Made by a program: the position numbers and the translations under genes. This document shows, one piece after another, positions 43,441 through 55,400 of a DNA stretch of 57,110 nucleotides; within the stretch, counting starts at the first letter, position 1, and every line of letters begins with the position of its first letter. The notes below the pieces were generated by a model. That model did no database searches and was not told the origin of the DNA. It worked only from the letters and a program-made list of their open reading frames with translations. This DNA is from Candidatus Adlerbacteria bacterium (lineage in GTDB: Bacteria > Patescibacteriota > Minisyncoccia > Phycocordibacterales > SBAW01): positions 490,963-548,072 of the forward strand of contig DAIDHJ010000001.1 in the NCBI GenBank assembly GCA_027451965.1. Direction: 5' to 3'.

Positions 43441-46400
43441 CTATGGTGTCGTGCTGGTAGCCGTTGAGGTAGCGGTCGTGGTCGATGTGGTGCTCGATGC
43501 AGTCGTAGTGGAGGTGGTGGTCGGCGTGCTGGTTGCGGTGGTAGTGCTGGTGCTGCCGCTTACCACATCTACGATACGGGTCGCTGATGCGGTGTTGCCT
43601 GCCGGATCAGTGGCGCTGTAGAGAATGGTGTGTGAGCCTGCGGTTGAAGTATCGATAACTACGCTGCTTTGTGTCGTGGTGGCTCCGCCGTCTACCGATA
43701 CCACATAGCCGATATTAGGATAGCTACCGTCACTTATGGTTGCGCCAAGATCTATATAGGTGCTCCCTACCGTCACGGTCGCTGGATTATTTCCGTTTAC
43801 CGTGAGGGTAAGCGGTGTCGTGGTACTCGTGCTAGTGGCGGTTGTTCCGTTTGGTGTGGATGAGGCCATAGCAAGCAGCGCTGCAAGCTGCGATTGCGTG
43901 ATGCAGGTGGATCCCAAACAGAGTTTTTGTGCATATATCGTGTCGGCAGTGATCGTTTGTGCAAGAAGCGTATTGAAGACGCCGACCGTCGCATGTACCG
44001 CAAGTCCCATCTCCCGTACGCCAGTTTGTGCAAGTCCTTGCACGCCCCCGAGCGCTTGCGAGAGCGCTTGCTGAAACGCGGTGCTTGCGGAGGAGAACGT
44101 ATCAAGAATGTTTTGTACGGTAGATGTCGCGGATGATGAGGCGACCAATGCCGCAATTGCTGTCCCTTGGATACCCGGCTGCGGATTCACGAATACCGTA
44201 ATAGTAGTAGTACCGGTCGAAGTTGCTGCCGATTCAAGGGCAATACCTACAGATGGATCAAACGGTCCTGCCTTCATACCGATACCCGGTTCAGAAGAAA
44301 GCGTGATGCGATCGCCGATTGCAATGCTGCCGCCTTGGAGCACCACCTCGACCGGCACCCGCCCCACCAAACCGACCGGCACTTTATGTATCGCAGTGGA
44401 GCTTGCGTCAGAACCGCCCAACACCAGGCCCGGAGCGGTAGATACCACCCCGAGGATATTGGTGCTGGTCGTTGCGGTCGTCACCATCATCGCATTGTTT
44501 GGATCAAGTGCGACGATAGTGCCCGGCGTCAGAGTAGTATCAGCGGTTTGATAGTTTTCTGCGACATCGTAGTTGCCGGTATTTGCGGTTTTGTAGTAGA
44601 TGTTTCCTGGCGTGTTGCCGCACGCAACTGTCGCACCGGCGCCTTGTGAGAAACAGCCGGAACCGACAACAGTGAAGGTGCTTGCAAATGGGGTGCTTGA
44701 TGCAGTGGTCGTACCGATTGCCACATTTCCTTGCGCGTCAACCGTGAGCGCTGGCGTAGTAGTTCCTTGGTAGAAAGACTGAATAGTTGGCTGTGAAGTG
44801 GAAGCATTGCTTGCATCATAGACACCATTTACTTGCTTGATCGCATTGATGAGGAGGAAATTCAGTTCATTGTAGTTGATACCGTACAATTGTGTTGTAG
44901 TCGCATCAGTTGGATTCAGTTTTGCATACGTGGTGTATACGAGATTTGGCGCAACCGGCAAGGTGTTCTGTGCAATGAGACCGTAGCGCATAACCCCATC
45001 ATTCGGCGTTCCTGCAAGTCCGTTATAGTAGTACGTCACCGGATTGAGCTGAGAAACCTCCGAAAGTCCGTCAGCGAAGGACTGGATATTTGTTTTTACT
45101 CGTTCATCAGAGAGACAGCCGGAACCGTTGGCATAGAGACAGCCGCTGAAATAGCCGGTACCCCCTACCTGGAGATTGTAAGCAGGATTGGTGTTATTAA
45201 TGCCAACATCACCATTTGGATTTACTATCATTCTATATCCACCGGCAGTTTGATCATATAAACCAAAAGCTCCGACAGTGCCTACACTGCCATTTGATCC
45301 TCCGGTTGCAATAAATTGCCAGCTTCTTCCGTTTGTAGAGGTATTAGCCAATGTGAGATTACTATTCCAGGTATCATTTGAACTAAAATCTCCCAAGGTG
45401 GTTCCACCAGTTCCTCCATTTTTCAATACAGAAAACTCATTTGAACCCGGTGCAACATTAATGCCAACTGGTCCTCCATCAAACACAAGACCGCCGGTAC
45501 TTAATCCATGAATATCTGCATACTCAGCGTTATCTGCATTATTCACGAACTGCAGATAGGCAGCGTTGGGATTACCGGGAGCATCTGCAATAATAACCCC
45601 ACCGGTGGAGCCAGAGTTTGGAGATACAAATTCACCAAATCCAGTCGCAATAAGATTACCCGAGGAGTTGATACTTGCCACTGTTGTATTGTTATTTCGG
45701 AAATAAAATGTTCTTCCGGAAGGGACGTTGAAATAGAGATTTGGATCTGCCGCACTGCTCAAAATATTGTAATCTCCCGATGTTGAAAATGAGTTATTAA
45801 GATACAGAGCCGTATATGAACCACCGCCTGACCAGGGTCCAACCTGGAATGGCGTGTTTGCTGATGGAGAAAGTGTCAGCGTGCCATTATTAGAGATTTG
45901 GAAATAGGAGCCGCTATTATTGGATATATTTATCCAATTACCACCGCTACCATTGCCATAGTTCGTATATCCATGAAAGAGCGAGTAATTAGTACTAGGT
46001 GAAGCGAGCAGAAATATACCATCTGCATTAGCACCACTCATACCATTGTCTATGGTGAGTTTGCCACCATACTGAGCGGTTGTCGTACCAATACCTACAT
46101 TGTTTCCTAACGGATTTAATGCTAGTGGCTTACTCTGAAAACTTTGGATTCTTCCTCCGTATGATTCAAAGCTGAGACCAAGACCAACATCAGTAGTTGG
46201 AGAATCTGCAGCACCTTGTACATCTATACCGCCTGGTGACGTGCCGCCGACAACAAGCGCTTCTGTTGGAGAATTTTGATTTTCTATACTTACATGACCT
46301 AAATAATCCATTCTGAGTCCAGCAACACTGTTGCTCCAAGGAGCAATCACTAACCCTCCGCCCGAAGCAGCAGTATTTTGATTTGAAAAAATAAGAGCAT

Positions 46401-49400
46401 TATCTCCTGCCTGAACGAGTGGGTTATATGATCCAGATAAAGCGCCGGATTCTAAACCAACAAACGCTCCGGTAGAACTGTATCGAAATTGACCTTGAAA
46501 TATGCCGCTTGCACCAGGTATACCTTGAGATACAAAGGTATAGTTTGGATTGTTTGTTCCAATACCGATATATCCGGAAGAAACGGTAGCTCCGGTTCCT
46601 GTGAGTCCCGTGCCGTAGATTTCATTACCGATGTCCAGTTGGCCATTTGCAGTTTGCGATGGAAGTGCTACATCGTAGCCGATCGAGATGTTTTGACTGC
46701 CAGTGGTGAGCTGGTTGTAGGAAGCAGCGTCTGGAGAGGCGCCGAGAAGCACGTTGTCTGCTCCCGTAGTTACACCAAATCCTGATTGATCACCGAGTAA
46801 TGTGTTGTAGTTAGAGCCAGTTTGAGCATGATTTCCGGCTTGAAATCCAACATACACACCCCCTTGATTACTGTACGTTGCGGTACCAGCAGCAGCAGAA
46901 TCACCAATTGCTACAGTGTTCGTTGCTGAAGCGTTACTAAAAAGTGCTTGAGTACCAAGAGCAGCATTATCAGAGCCAGTAGTATTGGCTTGCATGGTAT
47001 AGAAGCCGATAGCAATATTGCGTGCTCCAGTGGTGTTTGAAATAAGAGCAAGAGAACCAAGACCGGTATTGCGTGCTCCAGTGGTGTTTGAGCTCAAAGC
47101 AGCAGTTCCCAGTGCAGTACTATCATCGCCTGACGTATTAGATTCCAAAGCATTGTATCCAACTGCCGTATTTTCATATGCATTTGCATTGATTGGAGTT
47201 GTATAAAGCGCACCCTGTCCCACAGCCACATCCGTTAGGTTAGTAGATGTTGCGCTCATCCAGGGTGCTGCGTTTTGACCAACCGCAAGACCATTACTTG
47301 TCGTTGAGGCATAGAGTACGGTGATGCCATTCTGTTTGTAGCCGGAGTACTGATTAGTGTTGATGTAGCCGCCAACATCGAGCGCATACTGTGGTGAAGT
47401 ATTATCAATACCCACTTGCGTGCCTTGTGCGATAGTTTCAGCGGGACTGCCCCCTGATCCATAGAGGTACAGATTCCCTGTTCCCCTGCCATACCCTGGT
47501 TGTATATAGCTGTTCAAAGCATCGTCTGATAGACGGATGCCGGTGTTTGGTGTTGCACCGACAATAAGATCATTAGTTCCTCCTGAGATTGTGAGTCGTG
47601 CAGTTGGATTTGTCGTCCCAACACCAACATCTCCTGAAGAATTAATATACATGCGAGTCAATCCGTTGGTACGGAAATTAATGGCTCCACTAGTTTGATT
47701 AGCATCAACATAGAGTGTGGGGTCACTTGCTGGGCCTCCCATTAATCCAGTATCACCAACTATTAAATCATTTAATGAAAGAGCATTGTAAGCACCATTA
47801 TCTGCAACAATGACATCATTACCTGAACCAGTATTAATATCTAATTTTGCATTAGGAGTAGAGGTGCCAATCCCTACATTGCCTGAAGTGGGTGCTAGAA
47901 GAATGTTATTGACACCACTTTGATTTCCTTGAATAGAAAGAGCTCCAGTGACTGCATTTCTCGAAAAGTCAAAGTTAGAGGTTGTGCCTCCTATATTTCC
48001 TAGACGAAGTAGGACTCCACTGTCATTTGTTCTTTCGATATCTAGAGTTGCTTGTGGATTCGTTACACCAATGCCAATATTTCCCGTAGAAAGCGTTGCG
48101 CCAGTACCCGTGAGTCCCGTGCCGTAGATCTCATTACCGATGTCGAGCTGGCCGTTTGCGGTCTGAGATGGGAGTGCCACATCGTAACCAATGGAGATGT
48201 TTTGGGAGCCAGTGGTGAGCTGGTTGTAGGAGGCGGCGTCAGGAGAGGCGCCGAGGAGGATGTTATTTGAGCCAGAGGTGATGCCATATCCAGAGTCCAC
48301 TCCATTTGCAACATTAGAATTGCCTGTGGTGTTTGATTGCAGAGCACTCACTCCGTTTGCGGTGTTGGAGTTGCCTATGGTGTTGGAGAGAAGAGCATCC
48401 AATCCGTTTGCGGTGTTGCTAGAGCCGGTGGTGTTGTAAAGAAGAGAACTGAAACCGTTAGCAGTGTTATTGACTCCGGTGGTGTTGGAGTAGAGCGACT
48501 GGAGCCCGTTAGCGGTATTTTGATATCCGGTTGTGTTGGAGTAGAGCGATTGGTATCCGTTTGCAGTATTGTTATTTCCGGTGGTGTTGTAGAAGAGTGA
48601 TTCGTACCCGTTTGCAGTATTGTTGTATCCAGTGGTGTTGGTATACAGAGCCGCGTACCCAAACGCTGAGTTATTGTGATTGGCACCATCAGGACCGCCT
48701 GCAATTTCATTCTGCAGTGCTCCATATCCCACCGCTGTTTCATCGGACGAGGAGGTAGCAGTATAGAGAGCCTCATACCCGAGCGCGACATTGGCAGCAC
48801 CAGTGGTGTTACTAAAAAGCGCATTGTAACCAGTAGCAATGTTATCGCTACCAGTTGTGTTATTTACCAGTGCTTCATATCCGTTTGCGACATTATTAAC
48901 ACCAGTAGTGTTTGAGTATAGGGCCCCATAGCCAACGGCATTGTTATCGTAGCCAGTGGTATTTGTATACAAAGCTGATACACCGACTGCTACATCATCG
49001 GTGCCAGTACTATTGGAAAAGAGTGCTGCGTAGCCAGTTGCGGTATTGTTGTTACCAGTGGTGTTGCTATACAAAGCCTCAAAACCACTGGCAGTGTTAT
49101 CATTACCGGTCGTATTCAAAGTAAGTGTTCCTGCGCCATTTGCTGCATTGTAATTACCGGTGGTGTTATCGAGGAGCGCATTCATACCTGTAGCCGTGTT
49201 ACTTGCTCCGGTGGTATTCTTATCGAGCGCATTGTTTCCCACAGCAGTATTGTATTGCGCTCCAGCATTTACTGGTGTTGCATTTAATGCTCCGTTACCA
49301 ACAGCCGTATCATAAAATAGTGTTGATGACGCATTTGCCCAGGGTGCGGCATTTGGACCGACAGCAAGCACATTGTTTGTTGTGGAAGCATATAGAATCG

Positions 49401-52400
49401 TATTACCCGCCTGCTTATACCCAGAGTACTGATCGGTGTTGATGAATCCGCCGACATCAAGTTTATATACAGGAGTGAGATTGTTAATGCCGACATTACT
49501 ACCGCCTTGCGAAGCAAGGTCGATGTTTCTCCACGCCACCCCGCCGCTTAATGCATCCATTCTAAGAACATTGTTTGTTGGGTCATACCACAGACCAGCA
49601 AACGTATATGGGCTTGCGGCGGCGGATGGATTAATACCGAGCGTTGTGTATTCATTAGAACCCGCTTCTGTACCAATACCTTTATATGAATCAATACCGA
49701 ATGTTGAATTTGGTGTCGTAGTGCCAACACCGACACTACCTGCAATAGGCTGCAACACGAGATTACCAGCACCTGTTCTACCACCAGTGTATGCCTGTAT
49801 CTGTGAATAGGTGCTCCCTGATGAGGCACCGAGGCCGAGCATAAGTGCTGAACCAGCACTGCCATCTACATAGTCAGAGTTGTTCAGATATATTTTTCCT
49901 CCTGTTACCTGCAGTTCTCCTCCTGCTGGTTGCGGGTGTGTGGTGCCGATATCTACCCCTCCAGCCGCCGTCGCCAGCCAGGTATCACCAGTAACCGTGA
50001 GCTGAGTGGTGGAGGCGTTCGTGGTGGTGAGGTTCGTAGTAGTGAGCGTGCCGGTTGCGGTGATGTTGGTTGCCGTCAGATTGCCGGAGAAGTAACCGGT
50101 ACCGTTGACTGCAAGAGTGGTGAATGGAGAGGTGGTGCCGATACCAAGCAATCCGTTTGAAACCGTAGATTGTGTACCGGTGAGTCCGGTGCCGTAGATG
50201 AAGTTGCCAATATCGAGCTGCCCGTTTGCGGTTTGTGAGGGAACCGCAACGTCGTAGCCGATCGCGATGTTTTGATTCCCAGTGGTGAGTTGATTTAGAG
50301 AAGCTGAATCTGGAGAAGCACCAATTAATACATTTTCAGCGCCAGCAGTAAGATTATAACCACTTTGAAAACCAAGTAACGTATTATAGTTACTTCCTGT
50401 TTGAGCTGCTAACCCTGCAGCAAAACCAAGATAAGTACTTCCTTGATTAGAATAATTTGCCGTACCTTGACCTGCTCTTGAACCAATAGCAACAGTATCT
50501 GTAGCAGATTGATTGTACACTTCTGCATCGAATCCACTCACAGTATTATCATTACCAGTTATATTGTTCTCGAGTGCATTAAATCCATTTGCGGTATTAC
50601 CATTTCCGGTAGCATTTTCAAGTAAAGCAAAATATCCTGTAGCAGTGTTCACTGAACCGGTAGTATTTTTCCAAAGAGCTTGTACACCATATGCAGTATT
50701 TTGAGTGCCAGTGGTATTGTAGTAAAGCGATTGATATCCGGTGGCAGTATTATAATCACCCGCCGTATTTTGATTAAGCGCGTCAAATCCTACTGCAGTA
50801 TTATATTGAGCATATCCTGTTGTTGGTGTTGTATAAAGTGCTCCATATCCAATAGCGGTATCACGGAATATACTTGATGACGCATTCGCCCAGGGTGCTG
50901 CAGAGTCTCCCACTGCGAGTGTTTGGTTGGTGGTTGAAGCATAGAGTATCGTATTTCCTGCCTGTTTATATCCTGAGTATTGGTCGGTGTTGATGAAGCC
51001 AGAGACGTCGAGTTTATATGAAGGTGAACTGTTACCAATACCGACATTACCTGAAGCAAAAATAGAATTGTACGGACTACCGCCATTTGAGGCTGGGTTA
51101 AAAATAAGATTCCCTGTTGACAGGTCACGTAATACAATCGAGGCAGTGGTGCCATCTGCAATATTAGATTTGAGAATCGTACTTGCACCACTTGTTGCTC
51201 CTATAGAAACAACTCCTCGTACATCTAGTGTATTTGAAGGGTTAGTGGTGCCAATACCGATATTTCCCGTAGAAAGCGTTGCTCCGGTGCCGGTGAGTCC
51301 GGTGCCGTAGATGAAGTTGCCGATATCGAGCTGCCCGTTTGCGGTTTGTGAGGGAACCGCGACATCGTAGCCGATCGCGATGTTTTGGGAACCGGTGGTG
51401 ACTTGATTGTAGGAAGTAGCATCAGGAGAAGCACCGAGGAACACGTTGTCTGCGCCGGTGGTGATACCAAACCCTGATTGGTAGCCAAGCAACGTGTTAT
51501 AGTCAGATCCGGTAAGAAAACTGGTACCTGCTTGAAAACCAATAACCGTACCTCCTTGGTTGTGGTAAGACGCGCCTCCTTGTGCAGCGAGAGCGCCAAT
51601 CGCTACTGTATCAGTTGCAGATTGATTTTGATATAACGCATTAAATCCTTCAGCTACATTGTAATCACCAGTGGTATTGGCATACAGAGCACTTACTCCA
51701 GCCGCTTCGTTATCAGCGCCAATAGTGTTAAGTAGCAGTGCATTGGCTCCATTCGCTGTGTTATCAGAACCACTGCTGTTATAGAACAGTGCTTGAAACC
51801 CGTTTGCAGTGTTTGATGAACCAGAAGAATTACTTACCAAAGCATTAACACCGAGTGCAGAGTTAGAGCTTCCTGATGCATCAGCGTTGAGCGCGTTGTA
51901 ACCAACAGCGGTATTGTAGCGTGCGGTAGAAATGGTTGGTGCAGTATTGAGCGCACCACCTCCAACAGCCGTATCATACAGCAGTGTCGATGTTGCATTA
52001 GACCATGATGCAGCAGAAGGACCGACGGCAAGCACATTGTTTGTAGTTGAAGCATACAGTACCGTATTTCCTGCCTGCTTGTAGCCGGAGTACTGATCAG
52101 TATTGATATAACCAGCAACATCAAGCGCATACTGGGGAGTTCCAGTATCAATGCCGGTATATCCGGTGGATCCTTCTATACGGATACCGTTGTGTGAAGA
52201 TGACCAAGGTGCAATGACAAGATTACCCGTATTTTGACCACCCGAGGAGCTGAAGATAATGCCAGTATCCCCGCTTTGTACTAATGGATTATCACTTCCG
52301 CTTCCCAAGTTCGGGGCAATATTCAAATCTCCTCCCCAAACACTTGAGCTTAAATTGATTCCATCTGTTCCAGTAGCAGCGGTAACAATATTTAGTTTTT

Positions 52401-55400
52401 CTCCTGGATTGGTAGTGCCAATACCAACATCTCCATTTGTTGTCCAATCTAATACTGGTGTCCCGACAGTTGATTGAGAGGTTCCATAACCCAAGTACCA
52501 GCTACCTCCGGCATTATTTCCTATCTGTCCATAATCTGAACCAGAAGAAGAGTTGAGTGCAATTTGGTTTGAAAGCGTACTTGAATCGTAGAAATATGAT
52601 GTTGATCGCACAGAACCAGCGACATCCAAGTTATAGGTAGGAACATTTTGACTGCCAATTTCTACACCCGTTCCCCCCGTCGTCGCCAACCAGGTATCTC
52701 CAGATACCGTGAGTTGTGTTGTAGAAGCAGTAGTTAATGTAGTCTGTCCGCTGACACTGAGTGTTCCAGTTGCAGTGATGTTGGTTGCAGTCAGGTTGCC
52801 GGAGAAATATCCAGTACCAGCAACAGCGAGTGTGGTGAATGGAGAAGAGGTGCCGATACCAAGCATGCCGTTTGAAACAGTCGATTGCGTTCCAGTGAGT
52901 CCGGTACCATAGATGAAGTTGCCGATATCAAGTTGTCCATTTGCCGTTTGCGATGGAAGTGCAACGTCATAGCCGATCGCGATGTTTTGATTTCCGGTAG
53001 TTACTTGATTGTAGGAGGCGGCATCAGGAGATGCGCCGAGGAGCACGTTGTCTGCGCCGGTGGTGATACCGTAGCCGGATTGGAAACCAAAAAGTGAATT
53101 GTAATCAGAACCAGTAGAGAGGTTATGTCCTGCAGCATATCCGAGGTAAGAACCCCCTTGGTTGGAGTAGTGTCCGGTTCCTCTACCGGCAGAATTTCCG
53201 ATTGCAACGGTGTTCGTTGCAGATTGATCGTAGAAGAGCGCAAATGCACCCGCAGCAGTATCTTGAATACCAGTAAGTGTATTGTTCAGTGCTTCATATC
53301 CGATCGCCGTATTGTTATTACCGGTCGTGGTATCCTTCATTACTCCAGATCCAACGGCAGTATTTTCATACCCGCTCGTACTATCAAGTAATGCTTGATA
53401 GCCGAGAGCGACATTATCTTGTGCAGTACCAGTGGTTGGAGTTGCGTTAAGCGCCTGATAACCAAGGGCAACATCCCGAAACGCACTTGAAGTTGCATTC
53501 GCCCAAGGTGCTGCAGAATCTCCCACTGCAAGTGTTTCGTTTGTGGTTGAAGCATACAGTACCGTATTTCCTGCTTGCTTATACCCCGAATATTGGTCTG
53601 TGTTGATGAAACCAGAGACGTCGAGCGTGTATGCGGGAGAAGTATTGCCGATACCGACATCACCGCCATTCGTTGCCAACCAGGTATCACCGAATACCGT
53701 AAGTTGCGAAGTGGATGCAGTTCCTGTTGTGATATTTCCAGTGATATAGCTGTTTCCATTAACAGAAAGAGTGGTGAATGGAGAAGTCGTACCGATGCCA
53801 ACATTTCCGTTTGCCAGAACATTGAAATCCATTGCTCCGCTTGAAGAAGCTACATCGAATAGATCCGCGGTCTGTCCGGCGAGACCTTCAAGGCTGAGGG
53901 TGACTACATCTCCCGTGCTCGTAGAATTATTTTGAATAAAGACAGGTTGATTAAACTCAAATCGCTTTGTAGTTGAATTCCATGTCAACACTGCGTTTGG
54001 ATTTACGGTGCCTCGGAAGAAAACGAGGGAAGAATTTTCTGTGTCTGCAGTATTATTTCCAGTATTGATAGTAAAAGTTGATGAGACGGTTCCCGAGATG
54101 CTCGTAGATGCGGCGCTAATGCTGTTTACGTTCAAATTATTGAAGTATCCCGTTCTCCAATAGAACGATGGAGAGCCGATATCGTAGGTGATATTTTGAC
54201 TTGGCTGAAGAGTCGAACCGATGAGCGCATTAACGGTAAGGGTGTTTCCGGAATTTGTCCCGATAGTTGTATTACCGGTGCTGGTAAGGTTTCCAGAAAC
54301 ATACGCACTGCCAGAAACGGCGAACGTAGTGAATGGAGAAGTGGTGCCGATGCCGACGTTGCCGTTCCCAAGCAAATTAAGAATGTTTGCTGTAGAAGAA
54401 GCGCTGATGGAAAGCAGATTTGCTGCAGGAGTAAGTTGGTATCGGAAATCATAATCATGACTGCCGTTTGCAATATCGAAATACGGCGTGCTGGTGTTAC
54501 TCGTTCCATGTAATTCAAGCCTGCCTCCTTGGTCCCCACCGAGCTCGGTATAGCCATTCGTACCATTTACAACAAAATTATTCGCATTGATATCGCCATT
54601 CACATACGCACCTCCGTTCACAGACAATGTTTCAAATGGAGAAGTAGTGCCGATGCCGACATTACCTCCGGTAGTTGCAAGCCAGGTACTGCCGCTTACT
54701 GTAAGTTCCGTAGATGATGCAGTAGTGAGCGTGGTTTGACCGCTCACTGCCAATGTTCCGGTGGCAGTGAGATTTCCTCCAAGATATTCATTTCCAGCAA
54801 TAGAAAGTGTTGAGAATGGCGAAGTGGTGCCGATGCCAAGATTTCCTCCGTTGAACCAGCTATTGCCAAAAGAAGAAAGACGGACATTATCATTTATCCC
54901 GCTGTATAGATCCTCGAGATAGCTGTTAGTTCCATCGTACAACTGCAAATTGTTTGAGGATTGATTACCGCTCAACCGCAGAATACCTGTAGCAACTCCT
55001 GGCTGAAAATCGAAATAGCTGCCATTGCTTTCGAACTGAGCGATACCATTCACATCCAGCTTTTGCGCAGGCGTAGTCGTGCCGATGCCGACATTGCCTT
55101 CCACAATAAGTCCGTTAGTAGGTGCGGCGATGTTATAATCAGCGCCAATTGATTGATTACCAGAAACAGCAAGTTCTGACTGCTGCGTGGTAGTGCCGAT
55201 GCCGACATTGCCTCCGGTAGTTGCTAACCATGCACTATTCGATGCAGTAAGTTGCGTGGTGGAAGCGGTAGAGAGTGTCGTTTGCTCATTCACACTGAGC
55301 GTACCGCTTGCAGTTAGATTATTCGAGAAATAGCCGCTACCTACAACTGCAAGCGTTGAAAATGGCGAAGTGGTGCCGATGCCGACATTGCCACCAAGAA

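Noticed and set aside
46591-53640. Periodic repeats considered as a possible CRISPR array (also 21072-21290)
   Set aside because: The repeats are in frame, coding, imperfect, and contiguous with no unique spacers. The periods of 51 nt and 57 nt correspond to 17-aa and 19-aa protein units. No cas genes are present.
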